From NCBI RefSeq assembly GCF_006345805.1, contig NC_042998.1, positions 203,112,001 to 203,176,000 on the forward strand: DNA of 64,000 nucleotides, read 5' to 3'. This DNA is from Octopus sinensis. Taxonomy: Eukaryota. Below the pieces are notes generated by a model. The model saw only the letters and a list, made by a program, of their open reading frames with translations, did not search any database and had not been told where the DNA came from. Below are positions 24,780-38,698 of the stretch, in pieces (position 1 is the stretch's first letter; the number at the start of each line of letters is the position of its first letter). The position numbers and the translations under genes are program-made.

Positions 24780-25350
24780 CACATACGCAACAGGATTCCG
24801 CAGAGTTTCCGTCTTGCAAAATCCGCTCACAAGGCATTGGTCAGCGCGGGGCTGTAGAGGAAGACAATTGCCCAAAGCGCCGAGCAGTGGGACTGAACTC
24901 AGAACCTCATGACTGCAAAATGACTTGTTCCCATCACAACCTTCCGGCACCTGAGTAAGGTTTTATGGGTGCCGACTGCTGTTACCTGGTATTTATTTAT
25001 CATCTCTTCCTCGTTTTAGTCATTTGACTCCGGCCATGCTGGGGCACCACTTTGAGGAATTTTCGTCGAATTGATCTCTACCCCAGTACCCACTTTTGAT
25101 GTCAGGTTCTTATTCTATCGGTCCCTTTTGTTCAACTGCTATGTTACAGGAACGAAAATACACCAACACCGGTTGTCAGGCGATAATGGTAGTGTTTTGG
25201 GGTGGGAGGCACAAACAGATATAAAGACACACCATATATAAATATACGACGGGCTTCTTTTCAGTTACCGTCTCCCAAATCCACTCGCAAAGCTTTGGTC
25301 GGTCCAAACCTATAGTGGAAGACGCATGCCGAAGGTGCCACGCAGTGGGT
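24780..25350 (-). mobile_element. Diverged SINE A copies (head fragment + near-full copy)
   Basis: Reverse-complement matches to the family A head and tail. Confidence 0.7.
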
Positions 25351-25399
25351 CTTCAGCAGCATTTCTTTCAGTCTTTTAGGTTCCAAGTCCAAATGTCAC

Positions 25400-25680
25400 C
25401 TAAGTCGACTTCAAGGTCGAAGTTAAGCAAAAGAGTCGATGCTTTGTCACTTACACAAGCAGCAGGATAGGGCCCTACTGCATGATACCAAAGGTCCCAA
25501 AATTGCCATAAGGATACAGGACCAGCTATTGCAACAGCTTGGGCGTCAAAGGCCCACAGCTCTTCAATATCCTCCCACAAAACCTGAAATACCTGCATGG
25601 CGTGGATGTAGGTTGTTCCAAAACAAAACTAGATCTCCTTCAGTGAAGGGTCCCGAATGAACCCACAGCTCCCCTCCTTA
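25400..25680 (+). mobile_element. CR1-like LINE 3' remnant
   Basis: RIGPYCMIPKVP...YCNSLGVKGPQLFNILPQNLKYLHG...KLDLL; homologous to the 12690-13030 region. Confidence 0.7.
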
Positions 25681-26004
25681 GCAATCAGCTCGTTCCCTCT
25701 CAAAATTTCGGACCTTGTGCCAACATTAGAGAGGAGGGTGTAGTTCTCTTTTGAAAAGGGAAAAATAAAAAATCAGAGAAAGTGATAGACATACATATAG
25801 ATAGAGAAGATAGATATGAAGAAGGAGAGAGGGGGTAGAGAGAGAGAGAGAGAGAGGATAGGAGAAAGAAGGAAAGGTAGAAAGAGAGATGAGAGAATAA
25901 CAGACAGATAAACGACAAACCTATTCAAGTAGTTCAGTTTTGGGTTTTTCATTAACAGATTGACTAATTAAGCCTAATTATCTGAAAGTATTATTGCAGA
26001 GTTT

Positions 26005-26395
26005 GTAGTAGTAGTAGTAGTGATTGTAGTAGTAGTAGTACTGATAGTAGTAGTACTGAGAGTAGTAGTAGCAGCAGCAGCAGTAGTAGTACTGAGAGTA
26101 GTAGTAGCAGCAGCAGCGGCGCAGTAGTAGTAGTAGTAGTAGTAGTAATAATAGTAGTAGTGGTGGGAGTAGTAGTGGTAGTAGTAGTAGTAGCAGCAGA
26201 AGTAGTAGTAGTAGTAGTGGTAGTAGTAGTTAGTAATAGTAGTAGTAGTAATAATAGTAGTGGTAGTAGTAGTAGTGGTAGTACTGGCGGCAGCAGCAGC
26301 AGCAGAAGTAGTAGTAGGTGGTAGTAGTAGTAAGTAGTAGTAGTAGTAACAGCAGCATCAGCAGCATCAGTAGTAGTAGTTGTAGTAGTAGTTGA
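26005..26395. repeat. (TAG/CAG)n compound microsatellite
   Basis: Direct reading. Confidence 0.95.
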
Positions 26396-26843
26396 ACGCT
26401 AGCGCTGACAACCTCTAACGTGATCGAGCAATGTCTTCTACGATCAAAGGCATTCCAGCTGTGATTTCAGGCATCGTCTACCCGAGACTACACTACACAA
26501 TGTCTTAATGATTTTATGTATTATTTTTTCTTTTTTCTTTACAGTTGAGTGTGACTTCATAGTTTTAGCTGCTCTCTCTTCTAACCCCCCCGCCCTGCCC
26601 CCCCCCGCCCTGCCCCCCCCCCCTGCCCCCCCCACCGCTACATACAGTAATGCGTAGGCGGACGTGCATGCGCAGCGCGTGTGATTGGAGTCAAATAGGG
26701 GTGGACGCGTGCCGCTAAATCTTTGTGCATGGTGAGACTTCGTGTACCCTGGCCTCGTGAATGTGAGGGTATGTACGTGCGGGTATATATGTATACTTAC
26801 CTATATATATGTATATATATATATATGTGTATTATATATATAT

Positions 26844-26874
<31 letters not shown>

Positions 26875-26876
26875 TA

Positions 26877-26944
<68 letters not shown>

Positions 26945-27320
26945 TATATATGTATATATATATATATATATTATGTATATGTTGTGTATATATACACATA
27001 CATACATCTGAGTGTGTTTGTGTGTGTGTCTGTGTGCGCTTCTATTCTATTTGTCTGTCAAAAAGAGAGAAAAAAAAGCGCCATGACACTTTCGTTGAGG
27101 TCTTTATTGTCATAGAAACTGATTGTCGTCAATTGCTTTTGTCATGATGATGATTGCGGTGGCAGAGGCAATTTGAAGATGGCGGTCGAGGTGGTGGTGG
27201 TGGAGGTGGTGGTTAATGTGGTGGCTAGGGTAATCCCGATGGTGATGATGGCAGAAGGGTGGTCGCAGTAGTTGTGAAGCTTATGGTGGTTGTGGTGGTG
27301 GCTGTAGTAACAGCAACAGC

Positions 27321-27359
<39 letters not shown>

Positions 27360-27587
27360 TGCCGTTCAAGAATTTGAACCTGGAGATTTCCATTTCCAGC
27401 GACTTCGAGGGCCACCTCCCAGTGGTGTGGGGCGTCAACGAAGAGCCCTCGACTACAACAAGACGACCAAAGTTTTTTTTTTCCAAGGTCTGGGATCTCC
27501 CGCCCCTAAGTCCTAAACCATCACCTAATCACTTCACCCCACGTCTTGTTGCTTAACCACAACAACAACAACAACAGCAGCAGTAGT

Positions 27588-27640
<53 letters not shown>

Positions 27641-27648
27641 TATAGTAG

Positions 27649-27748
27649 NNNNNNNNNNNNNNNNNNNNNNNNNNNNNNNNNNNNNNNNNNNNNNNNNNNN
27701 NNNNNNNNNNNNNNNNNNNNNNNNNNNNNNNNNNNNNNNNNNNNNNNN
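27649..27748. other. Assembly gap (100 N)
   Basis: Run of n adjacent to (CAG/TAG)n. Confidence 1.
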
Positions 27749-28422
27749 ATGTATGGAAGCAAATGACTTGGCGGAAATAACAGACCTGGTCAACCGCTAT
27801 ATTCTTCACAAAGAGGCAAAAAGATTCCCAATAATATTTGGGGCGGAGGCTGGACTGTGTCGGGAGGATGTAGTCGAAAACATAAACAACAGTAAACAGC
27901 CGGACGGCGAACCCATTGGGTAGCTAGGGACTCGGATCACTGTTGAATCGGATCTACTGTTGATTGTTTATGTTGCTTCATGAGGTACTGCACTTGGATA
28001 ATGGCCTCTGCTAGCAATCTAGAAGAAGCAAACGAGTCACTGCAATATATTAACAAAAAATCAATACTTCAACTACCTTAGACCATTACTAAGAACTTAT
28101 TTCACGAGACAGATTCAAAAAGAGTACCGGGCTTCAAAACAAAAAAAGAGTACAGCAGTCGATTCGTTCGACTAAAATTCTTCATGGCGGTGCCCCAGTA
28201 TGACCGCAGTGTAATGATTGAAACAAGTAAAAGATAAAAGATATAAAGATAGACATCGAAGTGGTACAATCCATCATATAACTTGCAGGTTTCTACATTT
28301 CTCTCCCTACAACAAATACTATAGAATTTTTAATGAAAATAAGTTCAAAATTTCTTATTCCACTATTTTTAATAGAACGCAGATAAAAGCTTTATTTTAA
28401 TCAAAATATATAGAGTAATAAC

Positions 28423-28836
28423 TATTTCTTTATTGCCCACAGGGGGTTAAACATAGAGGAGACAGGCAAGGACAGACAAAGTGACTAAGTCGATTGTATC
28501 GACCCCAGTGCGTAACTGGTACTTATTTAATTGATCCCGAAAGGATGAAAAGCAAAGTCGACCCCGGCGGAATTTGAACTCAGAACGTAACGGTAGACGA
28601 AATACCTATTTCTTTACTGCCCACAAGGGGCTAAACACAGAGAGGACAAACAAGGACAGACAAACGGATTAAGTCGATTACATCAACCCCAGTGATTAAC
28701 TGGTACTTAATTTATCGACCCCGAAAGGATGAAAGGCAAAGTCGACCTCGGCGGAATTTGAACTCAGAACATAACGGCAGACGAAATACGGCTAGGCATT
28801 TCGGCCGGCGTGCTAACGTTTCTGCCAGCTCGCCGT
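28423..28836 (-). mobile_element. SINE B tandem dimer (two tail-1 units)
   Basis: Two cores and two tails tttctttattgcccacaaggggctaaac. Confidence 0.85.
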
Positions 28837-29080
28837 CCTAAACACGGTAATATCAGACCTAACTGAAATACGAATGGGTTTCCGGGGTCAATTTCCTCGT
28901 GGTTGCATTCCTGGAGCCATTTATATAAGGATGTTAATTTTTTTTTTCTTGTAAAAGATTATCCGAAACATTTTTCGTCATCTACGGACGTCCTTGAGTT
29001 TCATTACATTTTATAAAGGAAAAGTTGACACTGATTTCTATACTCTGGTCGCCATGCTTTCATCTCCCTCCATGTACACA

Positions 29081-29114
<34 letters not shown>

Positions 29115-29119
<5 letters not shown>

Positions 29120-29343
29120 TTTATCTTTTACTTGTTCCAGTCATTAGACTGCGACCATGTTGGAGCACCGCCTTGGAGAATGTTTAGTTGAATGAATCGA
29201 CACCATTACTTATCTCTTTTTAAGCTTGGGACATATTGTATCAGTTTTTTTGCCGAACCGCTAGGTTACGAAGATTACATGCTGGGAAACAAACACAGAC
29301 AGAAAGACACACACACGCGCACACACACACAAACACACACACG

Positions 29344-29377
<34 letters not shown>

Positions 29378-29535
29378 CGATGGACCGCTTTCAGTTTCCG
29401 TCTACCAAATCTACTTACAATACAAGGCTTTGGTAGGCCCAAGGCTATAGTAAACACCCAAGGACTGAACCAGGGACCATGTGATTGGGAAATAAACTTC
29501 TAGCCCCACATGCACGTATACGTGTGTGCGCGCAC

Positions 29536-29579
<44 letters not shown>

Positions 29580-29965
29580 CTCTTTTACTTGTTTCAGTCA
29601 TTTGACTGTGGCCATGCTGGAGCATCGCCTTTAGTCGAGCAGATCGACACCAGGACTTATTCTTTGTAAGCCTAGTACTTATTCTATCGGTCTCTTTTGC
29701 CGAACCAGCATCGGTTGTCAAGCGATGTTGGGGGGGGGGGGGTCAAACAGACATACAAACATATACACACACATAAACATACATATATATATATATATAC
29801 GACAGGCTTCTTTCAGTTTCCGTCTACCAAATCCACTCACAAGACTTTGGTCGACCCGAGGCTATAGTAGAAGACACTTACTTGCCCAAGATGCCACGCA
29901 GTGGGACTGAACCCGGAACCATGTGGTTGGTAAGCAAGCTACTTACCACACACCCACTCCTACGC
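29115..29965 (-). mobile_element. Two SINE A copies in tandem
   Basis: Reverse-complement matches at 29115-29500 and 29580-29965. Confidence 0.8.
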
Positions 29966-29984
29966 CTATATATATATATATATC

Positions 29985-30017
<33 letters not shown>

Positions 30018-30338
30018 TTATGCATATGCATCTATGTATGTATATATTCATATATGTATGCTTGTGTGTGTGTGTGTGTGTATGTAATGCCTGTAAATAG
30101 AAGCAGGGTGTTGTGGTTCCTTCATGTGTGTGTGTGTGGATGCGTTCATCTTTACTGTTGCATGCAGTTTCTATGTAAATGTTGCCCTTTCATGTGCGCC
30201 GCTTGCAATCCGTTTGCATTATGAATACATAACGCGAGTACATAAAACACTCAGGTGCTCGTATGCCTGTACTTATGCATGCATGTGTGGTGTGTGGTGT
30301 GTGTGTGTGTGTGTGTGTAGTGTGTGTGTGTGTGTGTG

Positions 30339-30391
<53 letters not shown>

Positions 30392-30523
30392 TGTGTGTGC
30401 GTGTGTGTCTTCTGTATTTAATCATTTAAATTCTTCCTCTGAAAGAAATGGTTTCTAACAGATACAAAGTTCGATATGTATGTATCGATCAATCAATCAA
30501 TCAATCAATTATCTATCTATCTC

Positions 30524-30585
<62 letters not shown>

Positions 30586-30721
30586 AATCTATCTATTTAT
30601 TTCTCTATACATACACACATACACACGTACATATATATATACACATATACACACATATTTATATGTATACACACACACACACACACATATTTATATACAT
30701 ACATAGATATCCGTCTTTCTG

Positions 30722-30777
<56 letters not shown>

Positions 30778-31276
30778 CTATCTATAATCTATATATCTAT
30801 CTATCTATCTATTTAGCTACATGTGTGTGTATACACACACTCACACTTATATAATACCTACAATATCTATTCAAAATAATTACCTCTCCCTCACAGCATA
30901 CAAACGTAGGTACGTATGTGTGTGTGTGTGTACTCACACACACACAGACAAATGTGTACACACGCTCTATACGACACCTGTAACAAGTTCTCTGCAACGA
31001 AGCTCTGCCTTTGAGCATAGATGTAGCTTCACTGTTGTAAATGTATAAAATACAATATATACACATATATATGCATGAATTCATTATATACAGAGGCATA
31101 CTTATACATATACACACGTATATGCATAAAGAAATATATACATGCACATACACACACGATCAAATCTACATATAGTAACTCATACGCACACACATACATA
31201 CATAGGTGTAGAGGGTGCGCTCTACCTTATTCTTGTATATGTGGGTATATATATGTACAAATCTATATATATGTTC

Positions 31277-31312
<36 letters not shown>

Positions 31313-31380
31313 ATGTGTGTGTTTGTGTGTGTGTTTGTTAATATAACCTCAAAAGAAAATAAACGCAGAAGCAAATATGT

Positions 31381-31958
31381 ACACACATATATACATACAT
31401 ATGGCTGAGTTTGTGCGTTATGTATGTATAAGCATATGTATGAATCTATCTATCTATATATATATGTGTGTGTACCCGTGTGTGTGCGTGTGAGTGTATG
31501 GGAGACTGTATGAGCTAAAGAGAGAAAAACATTGAGAGAGAGAGAAAGGTGAGAGAGAGAGAGGGGGGAGAAGGAGAGAATGAGAGAGAGAGGAAGGGGG
31601 ATGAGTGTCAGTGTTATGGATGTCGTCTGGTTTTTTTAGAAATCTGGTCGGCAAACCAGGTTGTAAAAAGAATCTGTAATTTTTCGTTTGAAATTTGAAA
31701 GCCGTGAGTGAAATTATTCATTTGTTGATTTTATTTCGCCTTTTGCTTTAATTCTTCAGTTTTGGCGTTTTGATCAGATATCACGCTACACCACATTTCC
31801 CATCGTACTAACCTCGTGTAGCCATCGTATCTCTCTCCTTCTTCACATTTGATATCATGCTTGATAAAACATACATTAGATATTTACATTTGATCATGGC
31901 GTTATTTGATTCCGCTGTAGAACCTATTAACTATACATACATACAAGCATATATATAT

Positions 31959-32004
<46 letters not shown>

Positions 32005-32746
32005 ATATTATATATACATATATATACATAATATATATATATACACATAGACACATATATATATACACATACACACACATTATATATATATCTATAATAC
32101 ATATATATATATACACATATATATATAATATATATATATATATATAGATATATATATATGTATGTATGTAACACACATATATACATACATATGGCTGAGT
32201 TTGTGCGTTATGTATGTATAAGCATATGTATGAATCTATCTATCTATATATATATATGTGTGTGTACACGTGTGTGTGTGTGTGTGTATGGGAGACTGTA
32301 TGAGCTAAAGAGAGAAAAACATTGAGAAAGAGAAAGGTGTGTGAGAGAGAGAGAGGGGGAGAAGGAGAGAATGGGAGAGAGAGGAAGGGGGATGAGTGTC
32401 AGTGTTATGGATGTCGTCTGGTTTTTTTAGAAATCTGGTCGGCAAACCAGGTTGTAAAAAGAATCTGTAATTTTTCGTTTGAAATTTGAAAGCCGTGAGT
32501 GAAATTATTCATTTGTTGATTTTATTTCGCCTTTTGCTTTAATTCTTCAGTTTTGGCGTTTTGATCAGATATCACGCTACACCACATTTCCCATCGTACT
32601 AACCTCGTGTAGCCATCGTATCTCTCTCCTTCTTCACATTTGATATCATGCTTGATAAAACATACATTTAGATATTTACATTTGATCATGGCGTTATTTG
32701 ATTCCGCTGTAGAACCTATTACCTATACATACATACAAGCATATAT
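31381..32746. repeat. ~575-bp direct duplication (31381-31955 and 32171-32746)
   Basis: Near-identical copies differing mainly in microsatellite length, separated by (TA)n. Confidence 0.95.
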
Positions 32747-32813
32747 ACATATATATATACACACTCACACACACACACACAACATATATATATATATATA
32801 TATACATACATAT

Positions 32814-32864
<51 letters not shown>

Positions 32865-32917
32865 TATATGTATGTATGTTGATACATACATATATACATA
32901 CATGCATATATATATAT

Positions 32918-32951
<34 letters not shown>

Positions 32952-33404
32952 CGCATACACAGATCTTTACATAAATTGGAAATAGATAAAAAAACAAACT
33001 TTATGACACATTTATTTTTGTAGGTTTTTATTTATGATGTTTTGAAGTTTAAAGAAACTAAAATAGCTTTTTAAAATAAGATTAGCAATTTCAACAAGAA
33101 ATTATTCTACTTTTGCTCGTAAAGGTTGATAAGTTTTGCTGGAACCAACTGAGCTTACCGTTATTTCTCTGAAGAATATGGCTGCTGTTGTCGTCGTAGT
33201 GGTTGTTTTGTTGTTATTCTTGTTGTTGTTGTTTTGCTGCAGTATGTCTAAGCATTCGCCGAACGAACTTTTCATTTTGCTTGATAGATGATATCAAGTC
33301 CTACGAGGTTTCTTAACTTGTTAGAAATAACAGCTACATACATACTCGTCAAATCACGCCTTACTGTCTTTATAGAAATGAAGGAAGATGGTTACAAATG
33401 GTGG

Positions 33405-33910
33405 CTTCAAAATTTTGGCACAAGGCCAGCAATTCTTTCAGGGATGGAGTAAGTTGATTACATCGACCCCAGTATTCAACTGGTACTTATTTTGTCGACC
33501 CCGAAAGGATGAGAGGCAAAGTCGACTTCACCGGAATTTGAACTCAGAACGTAAAGACAGACGAAATGCCGCTAAGCATTTCGCCCGATGTGCTTCTTTA
33601 AGATGGCTGTATTTTGTTTCAAATTTTGGCTGAAGGCCTGGTCGGTCACGGTGATCACGGTGATATATATAAGTATATATATAAATATATATTTGTGTGT
33701 GTGTCTGTTTGTCCCTCCGCCATCGTTTGACAACCAATGGTGGTGTGTTTATGTCCCCGTAAATTAGCGGTTCAAGAGACCGCTAGCATAAATAAGTATC
33801 AGGCTTAAAGGGAATGAGTCCTGGGGTCGATTTCTTCGACTAAGACCCTTTAAGGCGGTGATCCAGCATGGCCGCAGTCAAATGGCTGAAACAAGTAAAA
33901 GAATAAAAGA
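33405..33910. mobile_element. SINE B (-), short RTE-type tail, and SINE A 3' half (+)
   Basis: Family matches; ctggtcggtcacggtgatcacggtgat at ~33638-33665. Confidence 0.75.
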
Positions 33911-34378
33911 ATACATAAATATAAACATATGTCTATGTATGTTTATGTGCAAATATACACTCGTTTAGTAGTTTATTAGTTTAATCCACAAGGTTAAGGA
34001 AGTGAAAACCAACAGAGTACACACACACACACACGTACACACGTACACACACTCATAAACACTCACACACACACACAGACAGACACACACACACACACAC
34101 ACACGCACGTACACACACTCATAAACACTCGCAGACACACACACAGACACACACACACGCATGTGAACTAGACAATATGTGATTTAATGTGTCCAATGCA
34201 TCAACGATGGGGGGGGTAGGAGAACCTTTGATGACTTCGTTGTTGTCGATTGATTGATGAGAAAATCGATACAGATGAAATGGGAACATCTGAGTAGTGG
34301 GGGCCAAAGATGGAACAACGTTTCTCACTTTAACATCGACAACAATAACAACAACAGTTACATCATAATAATACATCG

Positions 34379-34430
<52 letters not shown>

Positions 34431-34450
34431 TAATAATAATAATAATATAA

Positions 34451-34487
<37 letters not shown>

Positions 34488-34497
34488 GCCTGCCCAG

Positions 34498-34815
34498 CTG
34501 ACAAGGTATGTGATATGGAAGAAAGAAAAGTCGATTGATATGACAGGTTAGCTTGGGAGGTTAGATAGTCGTAGTCGATGAAAAAGGTGGTAGTAGTACC
34601 AATAATTATTGGTACAACTAACAATTATAATTGTCGGAGCCCTAGGAACAGTGAGTAAAAATCTTGAAAAGTATATGGAACAAATAGGGGCTGCAATAAG
34701 GGTGGAGCACTTGCAGAAAACAGCACTACTTGGAACTACTCGAATACTCCGGAAGGTGCTCGAAAAATAAGAGGTGTTACCTTAGTTCAGCGTTAGAAGT
34801 TTTGCAAAGGCAATA
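34498..34815 (+). mobile_element. RLE LINE 3' fragment (fourth family) in (TAA)n
   Basis: EERKV..YDRLAWEV...VVVPIIIG / IVGALGTVSKNLEKYMEQIGAAIRVEHLQKTALLGTTRILRKVLEK*. Confidence 0.8.
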
Positions 34816-34830
34816 GTGATAATAATAATA

Positions 34831-35125
34831 ATTTTACTCACTGTTTTCCAGGGCTCCGACAATTATTGGTACTACTACCAGCTTTTTCAACGACTACAAC
34901 TGCTTAACCTCCCAAGCTAACCTGTCATATTTATCGACTTTTCTTTCTTGGAACAAATAGGGGCTGCAATAAGGGTGGAGCACTTGCAGAAAACAGCACT
35001 GCGTGGAACCGCTCGAATACTCCGGAAGGTGCTCGAAAAATAAGAGGTGTTACCTTAGTTCACCTGTAAGGAACAGTTGACACCGTAGTACACCTCCAGC
35101 GATAGAAGCTGGGCAAAGACAATAA
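34831..35125 (+). mobile_element. Same RLE family, copy with 5' inversion
   Basis: 34831-34949 is the reverse complement of upstream ORF sequence; 34950-35125 is the sense 3' end followed by (TAA)n. Confidence 0.8.
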
Positions 35126-35145
35126 AATAATAATGATAATAATTC

Positions 35146-35362
35146 AGGGGCCTTTTGAGCGAGATGGGTTACTCGACCAGAAGAAAATTCTAACTGGGCC
35201 CCACCTGCAAGGTCATTTCCTATTTATCTTGATATGTCACGCACATATGGTTGTAATGCATGTACCTAGTGTACTCTTGTCAGACGGGTGGTCATGATGG
35301 GTATACTGGGCTTCGTATATTTGTACCCCAGTGTCACTTTGATGGCATGCACTGCTCTCTTA
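35146..35362 (+). mobile_element. 5'-truncated copy of the (TAA)n-embedded non-coding retroposon
   Basis: Matches the 3' part of 53927-54483. Confidence 0.8.
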
Positions 35363-35722
35363 CACAACAACAATAATAATAACAATAGCAATAACAATAA
35401 TATTAATAATAATAATAATAATGATAATAATAATAATAACAACAACAATAATAATAATATTAATAATTACAATAACCTTGGCGGTTTTTAATAACGACGA
35501 CAACAACAACAACAATATTAATAATAACAATAACCTTGGCGGTTTTAAAGCATAATATGGAAAAAATATACCTTTTTTTAGCTTGTTGGAGCTGAAAGCA
35601 AAGAGTCTATTCGAGAGCGAACCTCAGTATAACCAGTGGTCATATCCTGGAGAGTCCATGACCACCACCTCATTTCTGCTTAGTCTCAACATCAGATTAA
35701 TTGCCGGGCTTGTGACCCCGGG

Positions 35723-36341
35723 CAGTGGTTCTCAACCATTTACCTGTGGAGCCCCTTTGATTCCTAGTTTACTCTGCTGGACTCTCAGAGCCATTCGATT
35801 TTTTAAAAGTCATATATTTTTATGATTAAATATTATTAGGAATTGTATAAAAAGAAATTATTAGGAGTGGCTGTGTGGTAAGTAGCTTGCTTACGAACCA
35901 CATGATTCTGGGTTCAGTTCCACAGCGTGGCACCTTGGGCAAGTGTCTTCTATAGCCTCGGGCCGACCAAAGCCTTGTGAGTGGATTTGGTAGACGGACA
36001 CTGAAAGAAGCCCGTCGTATATATGTATGTGTGCGTGTATATGTTTGTGTGTTTGTGTTTGTCCCCCCAACATCGCTTGACAACCGATGCTGGTGTGTTT
36101 ACGTCCCCGTAACTTAGCGGTTCGGCAAAAGATACCGATAGAATAAGTACTAGGCTTACAAAGAATAAGTCCTGGGGTCGATTTGCTCGACTAAAGGCGG
36201 TGCTCCAGCATGGCCACAGTCAAATAACTGAAACAAGTAAAAGAGTAACATATTTTGTGTATTATAAAAGTATAACCAAATTATTGCTCATAAATGAATG
36301 TGGATCCCCAAGTGCCATTTGGACCCGGTTAAAAACCACTC
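35723..36341. mobile_element. hAT (Charlie-like) MITE with nested SINE A (35865-36248)
   Basis: TIRs cagtggttctcaacc and ggttaaaaaccactc; 8-bp flanks accccggg/acctagag match only partly. Confidence 0.6.
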
Positions 36342-36526
36342 ACCTAGAGAAAGACATGATTTGTTAAATAGAGCATTTCTTCATTTTTGGTTATTTTATA
36401 AAGTGTTTGGGCCTTGTGAAAAACAATCATTTTGAGTAAAAGCCAAGCTTTGCGCTAGTTTCATTTCCCAGTTAGTCCTAATCTGGTTCAGACATATTTT
36501 ATCCTACTTTCTGAAAATATCATCTA

Positions 36527-37507
36527 TCAGGTCATCCCATAAGTTCTGTCCAAATTTTGAATAAAGAAAACAAGTGATCAAATGTTATATTTAATTGAAA
36601 TTTAATCATCAATGTACTTTCTCTGATTATCTATGATTTCCTTCCATCTATTTACAAGCTTTTTAATCCCATCAATGTAAATCGCTTTTGGTTTCAAAGT
36701 GAAGAACTCTGAAATGTCAGTTTTGACCTCCTCCTGGCTTGCGAAAGTTATGTCCCCCAAATGATTCTGTAAACTACGAAACAGATGGTAGTCTGAAGGA
36801 GCAAGGTTAGGAGAATAAAGTGGATGAGGAATTTTTTCCCAACCAAGCTCTTCAATCTTCTGTGATTTGATCTTTGCAGTGTGGGATCGCGCATTGTCCT
36901 GATGAAACATCACTCCTTTTCGATTCACTAAAGCGGGTCTTTTTTTCTTCAAAGCTTGGTTCAAACGCTCTAATTTCTGACAGTGGACTTGAGTATTGAT
37001 TGTTGCATTGGTTGGTAACAATTCAAAGTGAATTACTCCTTTGAAATCCCACCAGATAGAGAGAAGAACCTTTTTTCCGTGAAGTTCCCTTCTCGGTTGT
37101 GATTGAGCTTTTTCCCTTTTACAAAGTCACTGATTACGACGTTTAACATTACGATAGAAGATCCATTTTTCATCACAAGTCTATCCAACAAGTGTGAAAT
37201 GAGTTCGCGAGAATGGAGAGAAGAGCAGATGTCAACTCGGGTTTTGCGGTTGCTTTCGGACAATTCATGAGGCACCCATTTTCCAAGTTTAGGAACCTTT
37301 CCAAGTTGTTGAAGATGATGATGAACAGTTGTATGCTTTGAACTAAGCTTTATTGCCAATTTTTCAACTGATAACGCCGGATTTTCTTCGAGTGATGCCT
37401 CAAAGAGCTTATCATCAAACTCAACTGGACATCCTGTTCGATCTTCATCGTCAATGCTGAAATTTCTACTTCTGAATTTTGCAAACCGTTGTCTGTGAAA
37501 GCATTTC
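36527..37507 (-). mobile_element. Mariner (DD34D) transposase pseudogene, 5'-truncated, one TIR
   Basis: WVPHEL motif, HQDNARSHT, YSPNLAPSDYHLF; frameshift between ORFs 37033-37509 and 36602-37021; TA followed by tcaggtcatcccataagttctgtcc. Confidence 0.9.
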
Positions 37508-37829
37508 AAATATGATATTAGTTATTCACGACGGCGGGAGCTGTATTAGATCCGACTAATAATTTGTATGTTCTATTTAATGTGAATATACCTCAGGGAA
37601 GCCATAATACATCGTAATTCGTCCTCAGAAAGCATCTTGTGTATGATGTATAGTGATAAAAAGCACAAGAGTATCAGTAGTAGACGAAGAATATCCAGGA
37701 CTAGCGACTAAACTGGCTGATCACGTGACTTCAGCGTATTTGCGCGTCTTCAACAGCAGATACCCCTATGTCTGAGCGGGTATGTATACAATTAGTTTGC
37801 TTTATCATTCCGTTTTCTTTACAATTTTC

Positions 37830-38400
37830 TTTACATATCAAGGAGGCCTTTCGAACAATCCTAACGGTTCTTAATAGTAAAGATTTTGTAACAAGCAGCT
37901 CTCATAGTTACACCGATCTCGGAAAGAAACTACCAAGTCTTTTGGTAACAGTACCTTGGACACCCATAACCACAGAAGCCGTTCAGAGTCTTCGCATTTC
38001 TCAAGCTAAATCTTGATATTTTCCTATATTTTCCCTTCCCTTTGACCGTTACATTAATATCAGCAGACACAGTTAAATCTGTAAGAAGGCACTCTTTTCA
38101 CACGTAGCCCACAATTATAATATCTGGTCGTCTTGCTTGAAGCTCAAAGTAAGTCTGAAGAATGAAGTCACATAAGACCTTAAATTGGTCATTTTCCGTC
38201 ACACACTCTCTCTACTTCAACCCCCTTTGCAGTTATGTGTCTCAGTGCAATGCCTTGCCTGCACAACAGTTTCTGCATTTATACTCCTTCTGTGTCAAAG
38301 GACCATGTGCAGAATGGACTCCTCTCTCTCGTTAGACATTCGACACTTAACACTCTCTGAGCAAGATTACAGTTGGGTCTAACGAAGGACTTATTTAAGC
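37830..38400 (-). mobile_element. Degraded RLE LINE (zinc knuckle + endonuclease)
   Basis: KCRMSNEREESILHMV; FKVLCDFILQT...RRPDIIIV...KECLLTD; KYQDLA*EMRRL; multiple stops. Confidence 0.7.
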
Positions 38401-38522
38401 ACTCCACTGAGGAGGTGTATTTTACACCTTAGATGGATGCTAATGATTATACAAAAACTCCCAAACAGGTGTAAAGATGTATCAAAAGGTAATCATCTTA
38501 AATCATTTCGTTCATTCCATTT

Positions 38523-38569
<47 letters not shown>

Positions 38570-38600
38570 CTATCTATCTATCTATCTATCTGTTTATCTA

Positions 38601-38698
<98 letters not shown>

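Noticed and set aside
27869-27977. Short imperfect inverted repeat next to the gap
   Set aside because: Only ~20 bp with indels, and adjacent to an assembly gap
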